DNA of 64,000 nt from Catajapyx aquilonaris (lineage: Eukaryota), in contig KZ538844.1 in NCBI GenBank assembly GCA_000934665.2, positions 1-64,000 on the forward strand, read 5' to 3'. The notes under the pieces are model-generated. The model was given only the letters and a program-made list of their open reading frames with translations, was not told the DNA's origin and searched no databases. Shown here piece by piece: positions 1 to 12,060 of the stretch (position 1 is the first letter of the stretch; the number at the start of each line of letters is the position of its first letter). The position numbers were made by a program, and so were the translations under genes.

Positions 1-1108
1 CACTCTCCACATGACGATGTCCGAACACGACCAGTTGCCAGGTAACGCCAAAGTCGTTGTTTACACTTGTTATATGCTATTGTGTCCAGCACTGTACTAC
101 TGTCGTATTGAGTATAGGCTCGGTTCAGTCGGTCAGGTCTACGTGGAACGGCAGACCTACATAATTACGTACTTAAAACGCATTCCCCATTATTATAGCA
201 ATTCTCAATATTGTTGACTTGTTGATTTATCGATATGGTACTGGCATCAGTATCACAACATTAATCACATTGTTCTGTGTAGTGTAATTTGTATTTTGTT
301 GCATTTCCAATTGCACCTGATTTTGTAGCTGTAGCTAATGCACTTGCTGAACCGAAAAATCAACGGAACTTGAGTAGTAATCGAGGTAGTAATATAGTCG
401 AATTTTAGTTGCAGTAACTACTGAAGAGAAAATGGAGGGGGAAAGCGAGGTGAAAGAGGTACACTATAATTTTAGTGGGGCGGGGTAATAGATGTGTAAA
501 TCAGCCGGAGTACTTATTTTGAGGAATAAATATTCACACAATAAATAAATATCTAGTTACTTTGTTTGCATAGTATTTTTTTATTAGTGTGCTATTTCCA
601 TTACATTAGTTTTCCGAAATTGGCAGCAAGCCGATAGCATTCTCTGTGCATAAGCAGATGCGGAGGCTGCATGGGATTAAAAATCAGTACAGTCACGTTA
701 TGCTACAATACCAAACTTCATGATTTTCGTGGATATATCACTTCCTTACGAAGGGTCTACATAACTGCAATATTCTATAAGTTGCAGCTATTGCAAAAAG
801 AAATTAATTTGATAGCCATTTCTAAACATGGCTGAATAAAAATGAATCTTTAATATTAATATATAAATGCAAAATATTAATTAATTGGCTCCACACCGTA
901 AGTGAACATTTCGACATCCATCAACATTATTTTTTTCTGGTCAACTCTTTCCGTAACATTAAAAGATACGTATCAGGTGAATATCTGAAATAGATGCAAC
1001 ACTTTCTGAATGGAAAAAATTCTAATGTGCTTCAGCAAAAAGGCATTGACAACGGAAAATTTGTGCAAATTTAATGCTCTTAATTCCGGCCGACACGTGT
1101 GGGTTAAT

Positions 1109-4100
1109 TTAACCGTAAATTACACTCTCCACCCATTCCTCGCGAGAAACAGTGGCCTTGCCTGTTCCTTCCAAATCTTTCTTCTGAAATTTATCTGGAA
1201 AGGGAATAAGATATCAGTTAATAGCACTAACATGCAAATTTGGTTAATTTAGGGTCCACTAAAGTACCAATGGCAGATTTCAGCTTGATTGCAGACTGGA
1301 TGAAGTCTTCAACTGACACCTTTCCATCGTTACCATATCTCATCACTATCGCATTCAGTATCTTGCTATTCAGATTAAATCCAGCTTCCTCGAAAGTTTC
1401 TCGCAGTTCTGACACATCCAAATTTCCAGACCGATCTCCATCGTAATTTGCAAAAGCATTCTTGTAAAAAAAAAAAGAACACAATGTGAAAATATGAAAT
1501 AAAAATATTTACAGTATTCGTGCATGTTTTTAAAATAATTTCTCCCCCATCATCTTAATTGGAAACACCTTTAAATATAATGTTAATAAATATTTTAAAA
1601 TGCAAAGGCAGCTGTGGAACAGTCAACAGTTTTCGGACATGGCTACAAAAAATAGGACAGCCCTGTGTTAGAAAATAGAAAAGTGCCTGACTACAATACC
1701 TTCCATTTGGAAATTTGGCCGACCAGGATCTTAAATTCGTCCACACTAAGCTTCCCAGATTTGTCAACATCCATCATTGCCAGCAGACTGCGGCATAGTT
1801 CATCAGAGAAATCGACGTTGACACATCCTGCGTAGGATACATAATTCATTAAACCATATAGCTTCAATTATAAGAAAAAATATGTTCCTTTAATCAAAAA
1901 CCTTTTCTCATGCATAAAGCGGCTGCTTTTTTCATCTGCTTCCAGTTTATTTCCACATCATCTCCGGACACTTTGCAGAAAGCTTCTTCAATAGCTCTCT
2001 CATCTTTAGCCTTTAGAGAACAATCATGGATCTACTTACTGAAAATTTTAGCCACAAAATATTGCACACCTACCGAATGTGAATTATCCTGGGGATCCTC
2101 AACTTGAATGCATTTGTCATATTCCCTGTAGTTTAGGTTCATTAGCGAATTGTGTCCTTCACAAAGAAGTAATATTGATGTACTCACTCGAACTGATGCT
2201 TCTTCTCGGTGAATACTCGCAGGAGAAATTCTCCTTCTGAATCTGGCTCTTGAGTTCCCGGCACAATTACGTATTTACCAGGTGGCACTTTCAGTCTGGA
2301 AGTGACTTCTCTGACATTGTATGCATTGCATACTTCATTAATAGGGTGATTTCTTGATATGAAGTTGTAATCCAGTGGTTTTGGAGGAGAACGAGCATCA
2401 GAGATCTGAAAAGATATGTTTCATAAGCATGTAATTAGCCTCCATAATGACCACAGTTACCGTACATGGAAAATCAAAGTTCCAATCCATAACATGTCCT
2501 TTCCTATCACTCTCAAGTTACGCCTATTCTTTTGCATGGTTGCTACCAGCATGGTGCATCGCCCTTCTTCATCGTCGTCGTCCGGTTCTGACAAAGTGAT
2601 GCAGTACTGAGGATTTTTATTAATCGTCTCGACTAGGGTTCCGTCATCTGAAATACCAATCCATTCATTAAAATAGTGGCATGAGAAATAAAGCAAAGAA
2701 AGAGCAACCGTTGCAGAGTCCTCCAGCGCTAACTCCACTGACCCAGGCACCATCAACGCTGCTCATGTACCAGGCAGGCAGAGCTCGTACATTGGGATCG
2801 CTCACACTCACGGAGTCAGGTGTCAAGTGGCAGATCTCAAGCAAATCGAATCTACTCACGAAGTCGTCATAAGTCATCCAGAACTCTCCATCAGTTTCAT
2901 ACACCAATCCAAGTTCTTTTTTCTTTGACTCAGATATTGCATTCCATTCTTCAGAGCTGCATAAAGAATTCCATATACATGTATATTTTTTGATCAATCA
3001 TCTATGAAATGAAATATTTAAAGCAAATCTAATGCTTACTTATCACTCCATGGCCCAGTCCATTCCTGTTGCCCCCATGGATTCCTTAGTCTCATGAGTT
3101 TCACCTTACCGCCGAGTTTTGGCACCCGGGGACTTATTTCTGTGACTGCAGTGATGCTGTAAGCATGCCCATCAACCAGTCCCTCTCGAAACCTCTCTGT
3201 ACCTGCTCTTCTTCCTGGCACACCCTGATTTTGCAAGATTATTATTTAGAGTATGCTGTACTGCATAAGTTGAATACATTTTACGAGCTACACACATGCA
3301 AATAAATGGTTTTATACCAATTTCCCTGCTCCTAAAAAGGCGCCCATTTCGGAGCTTTTCTTAGAGATTTTCCACAGGTCTTGAGGAGTGTTATCCAAAC
3401 TGTAGGACTCAGAAATTCCACCGGTAAAATCTTCCAGGGCCTCTTGAGGTAGCCCACCAATCAGGCATTCGTAGCAGCCATACAACCTGTTCGAATTATT
3501 TCAATTACTTGTTTATTTTAAGTAGATTCTCTATTTCAGATTTTATGAACTAAACGGGACCATGTAATACGGAAGCTACGGAGAGGCGGAAGGGAATATC
3601 ATTTAAAATCCGGTATATAAATAATATGCAGAATCCCGGCAAAATCACAAAGACAACCACTGCATTGACAGAAAATACACCGGTGGCAGGAACGACGAAA
3701 ATACTGTATATATGCACCATGGTTAACATGCAGCACATTTTCGCAAATACTGGTACTGTACATAACTACATAACATCGTGTCCAGGATGTCCGGATAATC
3801 GAGAGTCTACTGTGATGTAGCATGCAACACATACGCACTAGACTAGACAGTGACATAGCGTCATACAAGGAATGATGGTAAACCTATTGTGGAATCAGTA
3901 CTGAATACTTCACTTGGCATAAGCTTTCTCCATCAGTGAAGTCCAAAATTCCGGCTTCTCCTTGGAATGCAAGTAGAACAGTTGGTTTGTTCCAGCCGCT
4001 ACTGGAAGCTTGTCATCAATAACTACGTCTATCCAGCGTCCGTATTGCCAAAATCTGGAATATTTTTTGCATATGTCAAATAAGCAATTCAAAAAATATT

Positions 4101-4792
4101 TGCCAGCTGCATTAATGATAACTTACCGGAAGTGAAAAATCCCAGCATACTTGATGGTGAAGCTTTGATCCGTAGGGACCACTTGATAAAACAACATATC
4201 ATTCATTGTTAGCTCAGAAATAGACGCCAGCATCCAACAATCACCTGATCAGAAGACAAGTATATCTCTGGTTATAGACTAAGTTATAACTTATCATTCT
4301 CTAAGCAATGAACAAATACTTTACTCACCCAAACTTCCTTGGCAGACATCGAATCTACTTGCTCCGTCAACAAAAAATTTGGGATTATTGACAAGTTCCT
4401 AAAAGAGAAATATTAGCCTCAAATATAATCTCATATTTCTTTATCCGTTTACTTACCGTAGGCCGCTTCCATTCCAATTCTACACCTGGGGGAGGGCCCG
4501 TAAAGAAGAGAGAACTTTCCGATGCAGGGAAGATCGGATCTTCAAAAAGAACCCCATCTTGAATGCACTTATCGCGGAGCTCGTAGAAATCCTGAATCTC
4601 TCCTCGAACACGTGTTCCAGACCCTGCTTCTCCCAACTAAACAATAGCGAGTTACTTATACGGTTTATTGCATGCTTTTAAAATAAATATAAATCTTACT
4701 TTGTAAATATGACACTTGCTGCCATCGGCAGGTCCATCGCTGCGTAGAGAAGTTGCTGACCTTCTATTTTGCGTAGCCAAAACACGCCTCAT
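1109..4792 (-). CDS. Classical calpain (CalpA/CalpB-like Ca2+-dependent cysteine protease; CysPc + C2L + penta-EF-hand), 723 aa, 15 coding exons
   Basis: Hand-spliced GT-AG exons (minus): 4792-4700, 4636-4457, 4398-4329, 4244-4127, 4054-3914, 3486-3318, 3224-3040, 2956-2709, 2647-2466, 2405-2188, 2125-2074, 2010-1902, 1827-1700, 1460-1268, 1194-1109. Total 2172 nt, one open frame. Catalytic motifs QGSLGDCW, GHAYS and RNPWG are intact; DGEFWM, NPQY and the acidic loop DDDDEEG are present; EF-hands [12 protein letters not shown] and [12 protein letters not shown]. The start codon is less certain (possible upstream mini-exon at 5102-5072). Confidence 0.93.
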
Positions 4793-5771
4793 CTTGAAAT
4801 GTTGTCAGAAGATAGTGGTGAATAGATGTAATGTGAACTTAATTGGTCGTGCACCCAAGTCCAAAAAGAGGATGTCGTGTTGCAGTTCTGGAATATAACT
4901 CATTCTGCATCCTGTTTCACTCGTCATATCGGCATCGACACACCTTCCAAGCTATAGAGTCACAGATTAATTCTCATGTCTCGATTTCCTGTACGAGTAG
5001 CATATCATACTGAAACAAGCTTCGTCAATAGATACTGCTGTAATAAGCAGTATCAGTTTCAGGATACTCACCATATGGACCATACATTTTTATTCATACT
5101 TCCTGTGAAAATGTACTTACCGGTACGGTACCTCTAAAATGGGTGGAAATAATAATATTAGTAGGCTTACTAGGCTATACTGTAGTAGGCCTATAGCATG
5201 GGAGCAGCTCTTATATGAATCCAGCAGAAGCAACAGGCAATTTATTGTAGTCGGGACTGAAAAAGTAATATATTACGTATTACACTTTCCACCAAATTCA
5301 GCAGGAAAACTCTTACCCAAATAGCACATTACTGGACATTCAAAATCTAGGATCTGTCCATGTCAAATTTTTCAGCAATCTCAAACATTTTGCAGACAGT
5401 GTCCAACTAGTCCATGAACTTTCAGTGTAGGGAAATTACATTCTCGTAGTTTCAGAGAAATACCACGTGTCTTACCCAGTTCACTAAACACAAACTAAGA
5501 AAAATCGTCTATTACTTAAAATATTCCTAATGCTGAATCTGAGATTCCCCCNNNNNNNCCCCCCAATAATTTACTAGATACAAGCGAGTCATATCGCTCT
5601 ATCAAAGTTCAATTTTTTTAAAAAAAAAACAAAGCTTGATGAGAGACAACTATTTGGTAGCTCAGCAGGTGCACTCTCTCTCAGCATAAATTCTTCCGTA
5701 AATTATTGACTTGGCAATTATTTTGAGCTCCGCGCGTAACCGATTCTATCGACTTTGTAGTGACCCCATTG

Positions 5772-5779
5772 TATCGATA
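5772..5779. promoter_or_regulatory. DRE (DREF-binding element) TATCGATA upstream of mtTFB2
   Basis: Exact palindrome 59 nt before the mtTFB2 ATG, within a CpG-containing intergenic gap shared with the divergent calpain gene. Confidence 0.55.
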
Positions 5780-5837
5780 CTAAAACTACTGGCACTGGTA
5801 GTAGCAGCATGGGTACAATGGGTAGCAGGCAGGCAGC

Positions 5838-8800
5838 ATGAGACCTATGTTGTGCCTTCTGAAATGCTTTTCCCTGAAAAATCTTCCGGGAAAGCTTAGG
5901 AGGAACTTTGTCCAGTCGGTACTGGTGAGAGACGTGTCCCAGGACGCCACTGTCAGTGAAGTAGAGTCATCATCTTCTCTGTCTCCTGCTGGTGACGAGG
6001 GCACTCTCCATCCTTCTGAGAGTCGTAAAACCGCCAAGAAACGTTCAAGAGATACCAGCCAGGAGATCAAGATTTACCTGGAGTCCAAAGACCATCTAGC
6101 CCCGTTCGCTAATTCCTCCTTACGCAGGGCTGGGTACCTAAGGCGGACGAGGGGGAAACTGTCGGGGCTCTACCTGGTAGACAAGGATGTTGCAGGTGGG
6201 AGTTGGAACATGTGGACAGTTTGGGTTTACATGCAATATGCACTCAGGTCATGCTCATAGCACGTAGCTCCTGATTTGGGTATGACCTTCATTATATTTT
6301 GTCAGTGTGACTCAGGTCAGATGTTTGGCCATCAACATTACCGGTGCCTTGGTTTGAACTGGTTACAAAATGCTTCAGGGTTGAACCACAGTCAGGTACA
6401 CTGGTTGTCAGTTTGGATCAATTGGCATCTAATCACATTTGAATGTGTTATGTAAACAGTCGCCTACTTACACGTAACCTAATGCGGACTACTTGTCCAC
6501 TGTGCCATTTCGACTCTCACTACTTTTTCCATGGAATCTGTCTTATATTGAAAAGTTGAGTTGAAGGTTCTGAAGTAATAATATTGGGTACTTTTCCATT
6601 TGCTGATACCCACTGTGCATATTTTCTGGAACATGCCTACCCTTTGTGATAGTCAACAATCCCACCTTTCACATTTTCATTGAGAAAACAATGTCAACAA
6701 TGACTGCATTTCCATGGAGTAACAATAAAGGGTAGGCCTGTTCCAGAAAATATGCATAGTGGGTATCAGCAAACGGATAAGTACCTACTATTGTGAGAGA
6801 TTAGTCACAATGCATCTTGCATTAATTACACACAGTATAATATAAAATAGTTACTGCTGCTTGCTAATTGCGTTGACTATTATTTGATGCTGCCAATCTA
6901 TGCTTGACCCGTTGCAGATAAAATTGCATGCAAAATTGTGCACTGCCTCCAGAATGAACACCATTTGTTGGTGGAGTTCAACCCTGGCCCAAGAGTTCTC
7001 TCCAAATCACTTCTTGCATTTGGGAATCGCCACCTGTATCAACTGGATGCAGACCGCTCATTTACAGCAGAAACCCGTCTTCTTCAGAATGAGTTCAGGA
7101 CCAGGGTGACACGAGTGGGAATCAACTTGCTCACCCTTCCTCGGTTACATTTCCAGGACAAGCAAGATAATGGGCAGCGGGTACAAGAAACACTGAAGCA
7201 GTTCCAGGATACATTGTCCTCTTCGACTGATGTAAATGCTGCATTGGTGGGTGCCACCCCCAGTGCTTATTTCCCACATTACCTGATCACTAGCACAGTC
7301 AGTCAGACTGGACTGATGACCATAAGCCACTTGGAGTTCTTCTTGGTCATGCATCCCAGGACATACAGTGTATGTAATATTCTAGATTTATCTAGATTTT
7401 AGTAATACAGTAAAACTTCTATAAGTCGAATCTCCATGGGACCGTTTTTTTTTTTTTTTTTTCCTCCAGTTATAGAAGATTCGAGTTAGAGAAGTTTGGA
7501 TTTTTTCAGGCACAGAACTCTATAAGGAAGCCTACCTTTATATCCAGTGATGAAAAGTGTTCAAAACTTAAAAATAACTGTCACTGTCACACTTACTATG
7601 TTCCTCATTGTTTTGTTGTAAAAAAATCTCTGTTATGGACAGTGATATCAGAAAGTAAGGCCTTTTTTACACTGAGATTATTTGTTTGACATTTTGGAAT
7701 TAAGATTACCATGACATCTAGCAAGAGGCAGACCTTATATTCTTCTTTGTAATCATGTGGTAATGAAATTAAATATGGAATAGACCATGCATGCATTCTT
7801 TAACTAGTTTGTTGCTGTTGACCATATGCAGTACCAGTATATCAATAGTACTGTATACATGCTTTAGCTTGGGTCTGTATTGGTTGAAATGTAACTGATG
7901 TTCCTAGGTCAAGTTAGTACTTTTGATCCAAATAGTTCCCAGCAAATGTGAGAAGCAGTCAAGGTGCATCCTCATGCACAACTCCCCCTACCTCCCTCAC
8001 ATGTCCCCATTCAGGGTGCCAACAGGACTTGGAGTTACACAACATTTCTGCCAATATGAGTGTGAACTTAATATTAAACACACCATGTATTGACATATAT
8101 CTGCTATAAATGTGTATTTTCTATATCTTTTGAACAGCATCTGACATGCGGTCCTGAAGCAGGCTTCAACTACTACCGCAGCTTCTCAGTGATGGCTCAA
8201 ATTTTGTTCACATTTGAACTCCTGCTGACAGTTCCACGGGAGGCCTTCTTTCCCTGGGAAAACCTCAATCAGGACTCGAGGAAGAGAAGTCCTATGCCTG
8301 TTACTGACCCTAGCCATATGTATTTAGTGAGAATCATCCCACGAAAAGACCTATTTAAAACAGTGGTACCTCCCAACCAGCTTCAGCAGCTGTGGTTCTT
8401 CATCAAGCATCATTTGGTCAGTCGAAAGGCAGCTGTTATTCCACAGTTGGAGTGAGTGTTACCTTCTTTTACAGTGTCAGACAATTTCATAGTGCCCTAC
8501 TGTTTAAGGCTCAGTTGCACTACTAAAAGTACATAATAATATAATATTGGATACCCTGTGATAGGCCTCCTTTGGCCTCTTAGGGGATCATCTTTTCATG
8601 AACCGACTTTAATCATTGCCTGCACTGTGATGGATTTTGATAGTGGGAGGAAACGGGAGAACCCCGAGAAAACCCACGCGAACACAGAGAGAACCCATCG
8701 AAACTCTATCCACATTAGTATCCTCTGTCCGACCCGGGGATCGAACTCAGGACCTCAGAGGTGGAAGGCTGTGGCGCTAACCACTATGCCACCCTGTCGC

Positions 8801-10749
8801 CCTTACTAAAAGTACATAATCTAGCTAAGGTTTAACATACTGATGCGTTTCAGGGGGCATGGTGGTCTAGTGGCTATGCTACTTGCCAGCCAAGTGGGAA
8901 GTCCGGGGTTCAAATCTCATCCCCGTCACCTTTGCTTGGTCGGATCTTTTCCGCTTTTCACCCAACATGTCCGGGCAGACTTCTACTCCCTTCTCTGTCC
9001 AGGGCCAAGAGAAAAGGTCTGGTATTTAAGAGGGTCTGAAATGAGTAAAAACTATTTAAGAGCACCCTCCCTTGGGAACCTCCCCTTTCCCCCCTAAAAG
9101 GTCCCCAGGCCCTATCACGGGTAATACAACAACACCAAAAAAAACGGATGTGTTCCATTGTTGGAAATAATTAATCAACAGTGAATGACATCCTTTAAAC
9201 ACCCAGTGATGAGAGCATTCTTTGTTGGTACCTGAAGGGGAAAACAACTTCTTGATGATACATACACCAGTTTAATAACCTTTGCAAATTAACTGAAGAT
9301 TTGTGAAGGGTTTATTAAGGATTTCAGGATTTGTGTGGATTTGTAGATGATTTGTGACAAATCTACTACATGTTTCTGCAGTATTCATGAAATGGAAATG
9401 CAAATTTAAGCACACGTGCATGCATGATGTATGAAGGTATTTTTCCCATGTGGTATCCTCATGTTTCACATTGTTGGGGCAATGGGAGTTGGGAGGTGTC
9501 ATTTATATTTCGTTTCATTTGCATCGCCTTTTGTCGCATTGGATCTAACTCAGGCGGAGGTACAAATGGCATGTTTCCTTATTGTAAGACATGTTTGAAT
9601 TTTAAAATATGTGCCTTCACTACTGTTCCAACCCTCTTAATATTCCTGTGCCTCATGCTTTTACATTCAGCACCTAGTCTGCACAGCAGAAGTAACCTGC
9701 CCCTGGGGTAATTACCATGGTCACATATATCCAAAATGGTAGAACTAAACAAGTTACCCCTTGAGTAAGCTACTGCTACTGTCTAGACTAGGGCACCAAG
9801 AAATACAGTATTCTACACAATTAAAAAGAGGGGAAAATTTTTCTTCAAGCATTTATGACAGGATATGGAATGAACATGTTCACATAACAGTAGGTCTGGA
9901 CTGTTTGGAGGATGCTCACAGACTCACTTGAACTGTTGGAGAAGGTTGCAATGAATCTTCCATTAAGGGCATTACTCCCAAGTCTCAAATAGTTCAAGTA
10001 ACCTTTGAGTAACTAGACCATGGTCTAGACTCTAGACCTTATACATGTCACCTTTACTTGTTTTGCCACCACTAGAAGAAAATTGGATTATCAACAAGAG
10101 TACTGGAAGCCGGTTTACAAAATCAGGTGTCACAGTTCAAAAAGTGCTTCATCGACATGGTACTTGTGTGCAGTACTGTAGTAGCTAAAAATCTGCACCA
10201 TCATGTGGCTGTGTTCTTTTTGTTTGAACTTTAAAAGGACATTATGGCCAAACAGTACTCACTTTTGGAGCATGGTAATATACTGTGCTCTAATATAAAT
10301 GCATAACATGCAGTACAACCATGGTTTGTTCATTTTTCCACATATGCAACTATGGATGTAAATTTTAAATGCTCCCTTTGTTTAATCCATTAAAAAGGCT
10401 CTGGTCAAAGTAGATATGACCAAGTAGCACTCTGCCTTGTGTTTCTTTGTTGTTATGGTTCTTTGTTCATTTTTACAGGATGTGGATACCTGGTTGTGGT
10501 CCAAGACTTATTATGCAAGGATACACAATATACACCCAGTTTGGGAGCTTGACCCCAGTTCAGCTTCTGGACCTCTTTAGGGAGTTTACTTCTTGGCCAG
10601 AGTTCCCTTCCAGCTCTTTTGTGTCAGCTACTGAGCGAGGGTTGGCCAAGTTTGAATGTGGAACTGCTGAATTAGATCTGGAGGAAGATGGAAAAGGTGA
10701 CACACCAGTAAATAAGGCTGATTCGAAATCAAACGGAACTGAATCTTAG
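5838..10749 (+). CDS. mtTFB2: Mitochondrial transcription factor B2 / dimethyladenosine transferase 2, mitochondrial; 464 aa, 4 exons
   Basis: Exons 5838-6195, 6918-7369, 8138-8451, 10479-10749 give 1395 nt in one frame. Basic N-terminal presequence, LYLVDKDVA, EFNPGP motif-I region, YRSFSVMAQILF, PREAFFPW and LEMWIPGCGPRLI resemble arthropod TFB2M. AATAAA at 10789-10794. Confidence 0.85.
6583..6792. mobile_element. MITE-like element with ~65-bp terminal inverted repeats, mtTFB2 intron 1
   Basis: gtacttttccatttgctgatacccactgtgcatattttctggaacatgcctacccttt recurs inverted as aaagggtaggcctgttccagaaaatatgcatagtgggtatcagcaaacggataagtac. Confidence 0.7.
7406..7640. mobile_element. Truncated pogo/Tigger-like MITE (same family as 55301-55869)
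   Basis: Begins TA-CAGTAAAACTTCTATAAGTCGAA and is the reverse complement of the right part of the 55301-55869 element. Confidence 0.75.
8538..8803 (-). mobile_element. tRNA-derived SINE family 1 (V-domain-like)
   Basis: A/B-box head, colinear with copies at 27555, 28771 and 48132. 17-bp TSD tactaaaagtacataat at 8521-8537 and 8804-8820. Confidence 0.9.
8853..9143 (+). mobile_element. tRNA-derived SINE family 4
   Basis: Head ggtggtctagtggcta...ggttcaaatc (A and B boxes), tail ggccctatcacgggtaatac plus a CAA/A tract. Degenerate TSD actgatgcgtttca / acggatgtgttcca. Confidence 0.7.
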
Positions 10750-12014
10750 TGCATACATTACTCTTTTTTGTAAATGACATTATTTCTCAATAAATAAGTT
10801 TGATTGTAGCCTACACTGTAAATTGATCCTTCCAAATCATTTTGCATTGAGTATTACAGGAACTTCTTACTAATGTGAGGCAGAACAACTCAACTGCCCT
10901 ACATTGGATCGTTGCAGTTGGTTTTATTAAAATGCCCTTGTTGCACATATGAATGTTCAGGAATATCCAGTCAGTGACCTGAATGTCTGGAGCTCAACAC
11001 AAATGTTCAGTAAATATCAAGTGAATGTTCTGCACTGTTCAATGTTATAGATATTTTTTAAGTATCAGGTGAGTGTGCAATAATGTCAGATCAATGAAAC
11101 ATAAGGTAAGAAGTTTAATGCAGTAAATAATAATTCAATTAATATACCTTGTATATACCAAGAGCTAATAACTATAGCTCTTGATATACATAAAATAAGT
11201 TTTTGAATGTCAAGAAATAAGATGTATGGCCATATGGGTGTCCAGTGAACATTAAGACGACAACTTTGGCAATGCAGAGAAAAGACTTTCATTGGACATT
11301 CACCAAACATTTGTGTCACCTTGGTGATACTGAGGTGAATTTACACCTGGTGCAGTAGCTATTAATACTGATCTGGCACAGCATGAAAAAGGCCGAAAAG
11401 CCTCGCGAAAAGCTGTAATAAGCAGGTTAGTATTGGTCCAGTGCAGGATGGTGGGGAAGGCAGGCTTTTGACTAGACATTTTATTTTCTATAGGGATAAT
11501 AAATAATCCATAAGTCACTGGTATGATACATAGGCAATTTTTTCCATTTTCAGCCACACCTCCCAAGGTGGGCAATTGCATACAATCTTGATACAATCAA
11601 GAGCTAATAGCTCTTGATACAATTTATTGATATACTCTCATATACCAGTACTGTAGCCTACAATTAAAGCCTGCCTTAATCTAGCTGCTGTCTTACATTT
11701 ATGGATGAGGGCCTAATCAATATTAGCAAAGGTGGTATTAGTAAGGTACCGGTACTGTACTGTAGAGGATCATGCAGCTACGTCCTGGCTACATCAAACC
11801 TAGCACGTGATCTTTCATTTATTCACAACATTAGCAACCCTAGAGCTGCCAAACCCAGAGCAGAGGTACAGTTTAGTACAGTGAGTACACGTCAGGCACA
11901 CACTGTACTGTACTGTAGCCTAATACACTATACACACGTGCAGGGCATCCAATGGCATGTGGAGTAATCTTGGGAGTAATACAGTAAATGTAATACTGTA
12001 TCGCACGGTTTCCT

Positions 12015-12060
12015 GTCACGTGACCTCTGCTTCGCTTAAAAGAAATGCAAGATGGCGGCG
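12015..12060 (+). promoter_or_regulatory. mRpL49 proximal promoter: palindromic extended E-box GTCACGTGAC and YY1/PHO-type AAGATGGCGGC over the start codon
   Basis: GTCACGTGAC at 12015-12024; caagATGgcggc at the ATG (12052); locally CpG-rich. Confidence 0.5.

Noticed and set aside
3550..3868. Short ORFs on both strands in the longest calpain intron (including a Cys-rich 89-aa ORF)
   Set aside because: No recognisable motif or splice support; this length is expected by chance.
5547..5564. Poly-C/G runs containing N (also ~12660, 27430, 43401, 48603)
   Set aside because: Assembly uncertainty at homopolymers; lengths are unreliable and no biological claim is possible.
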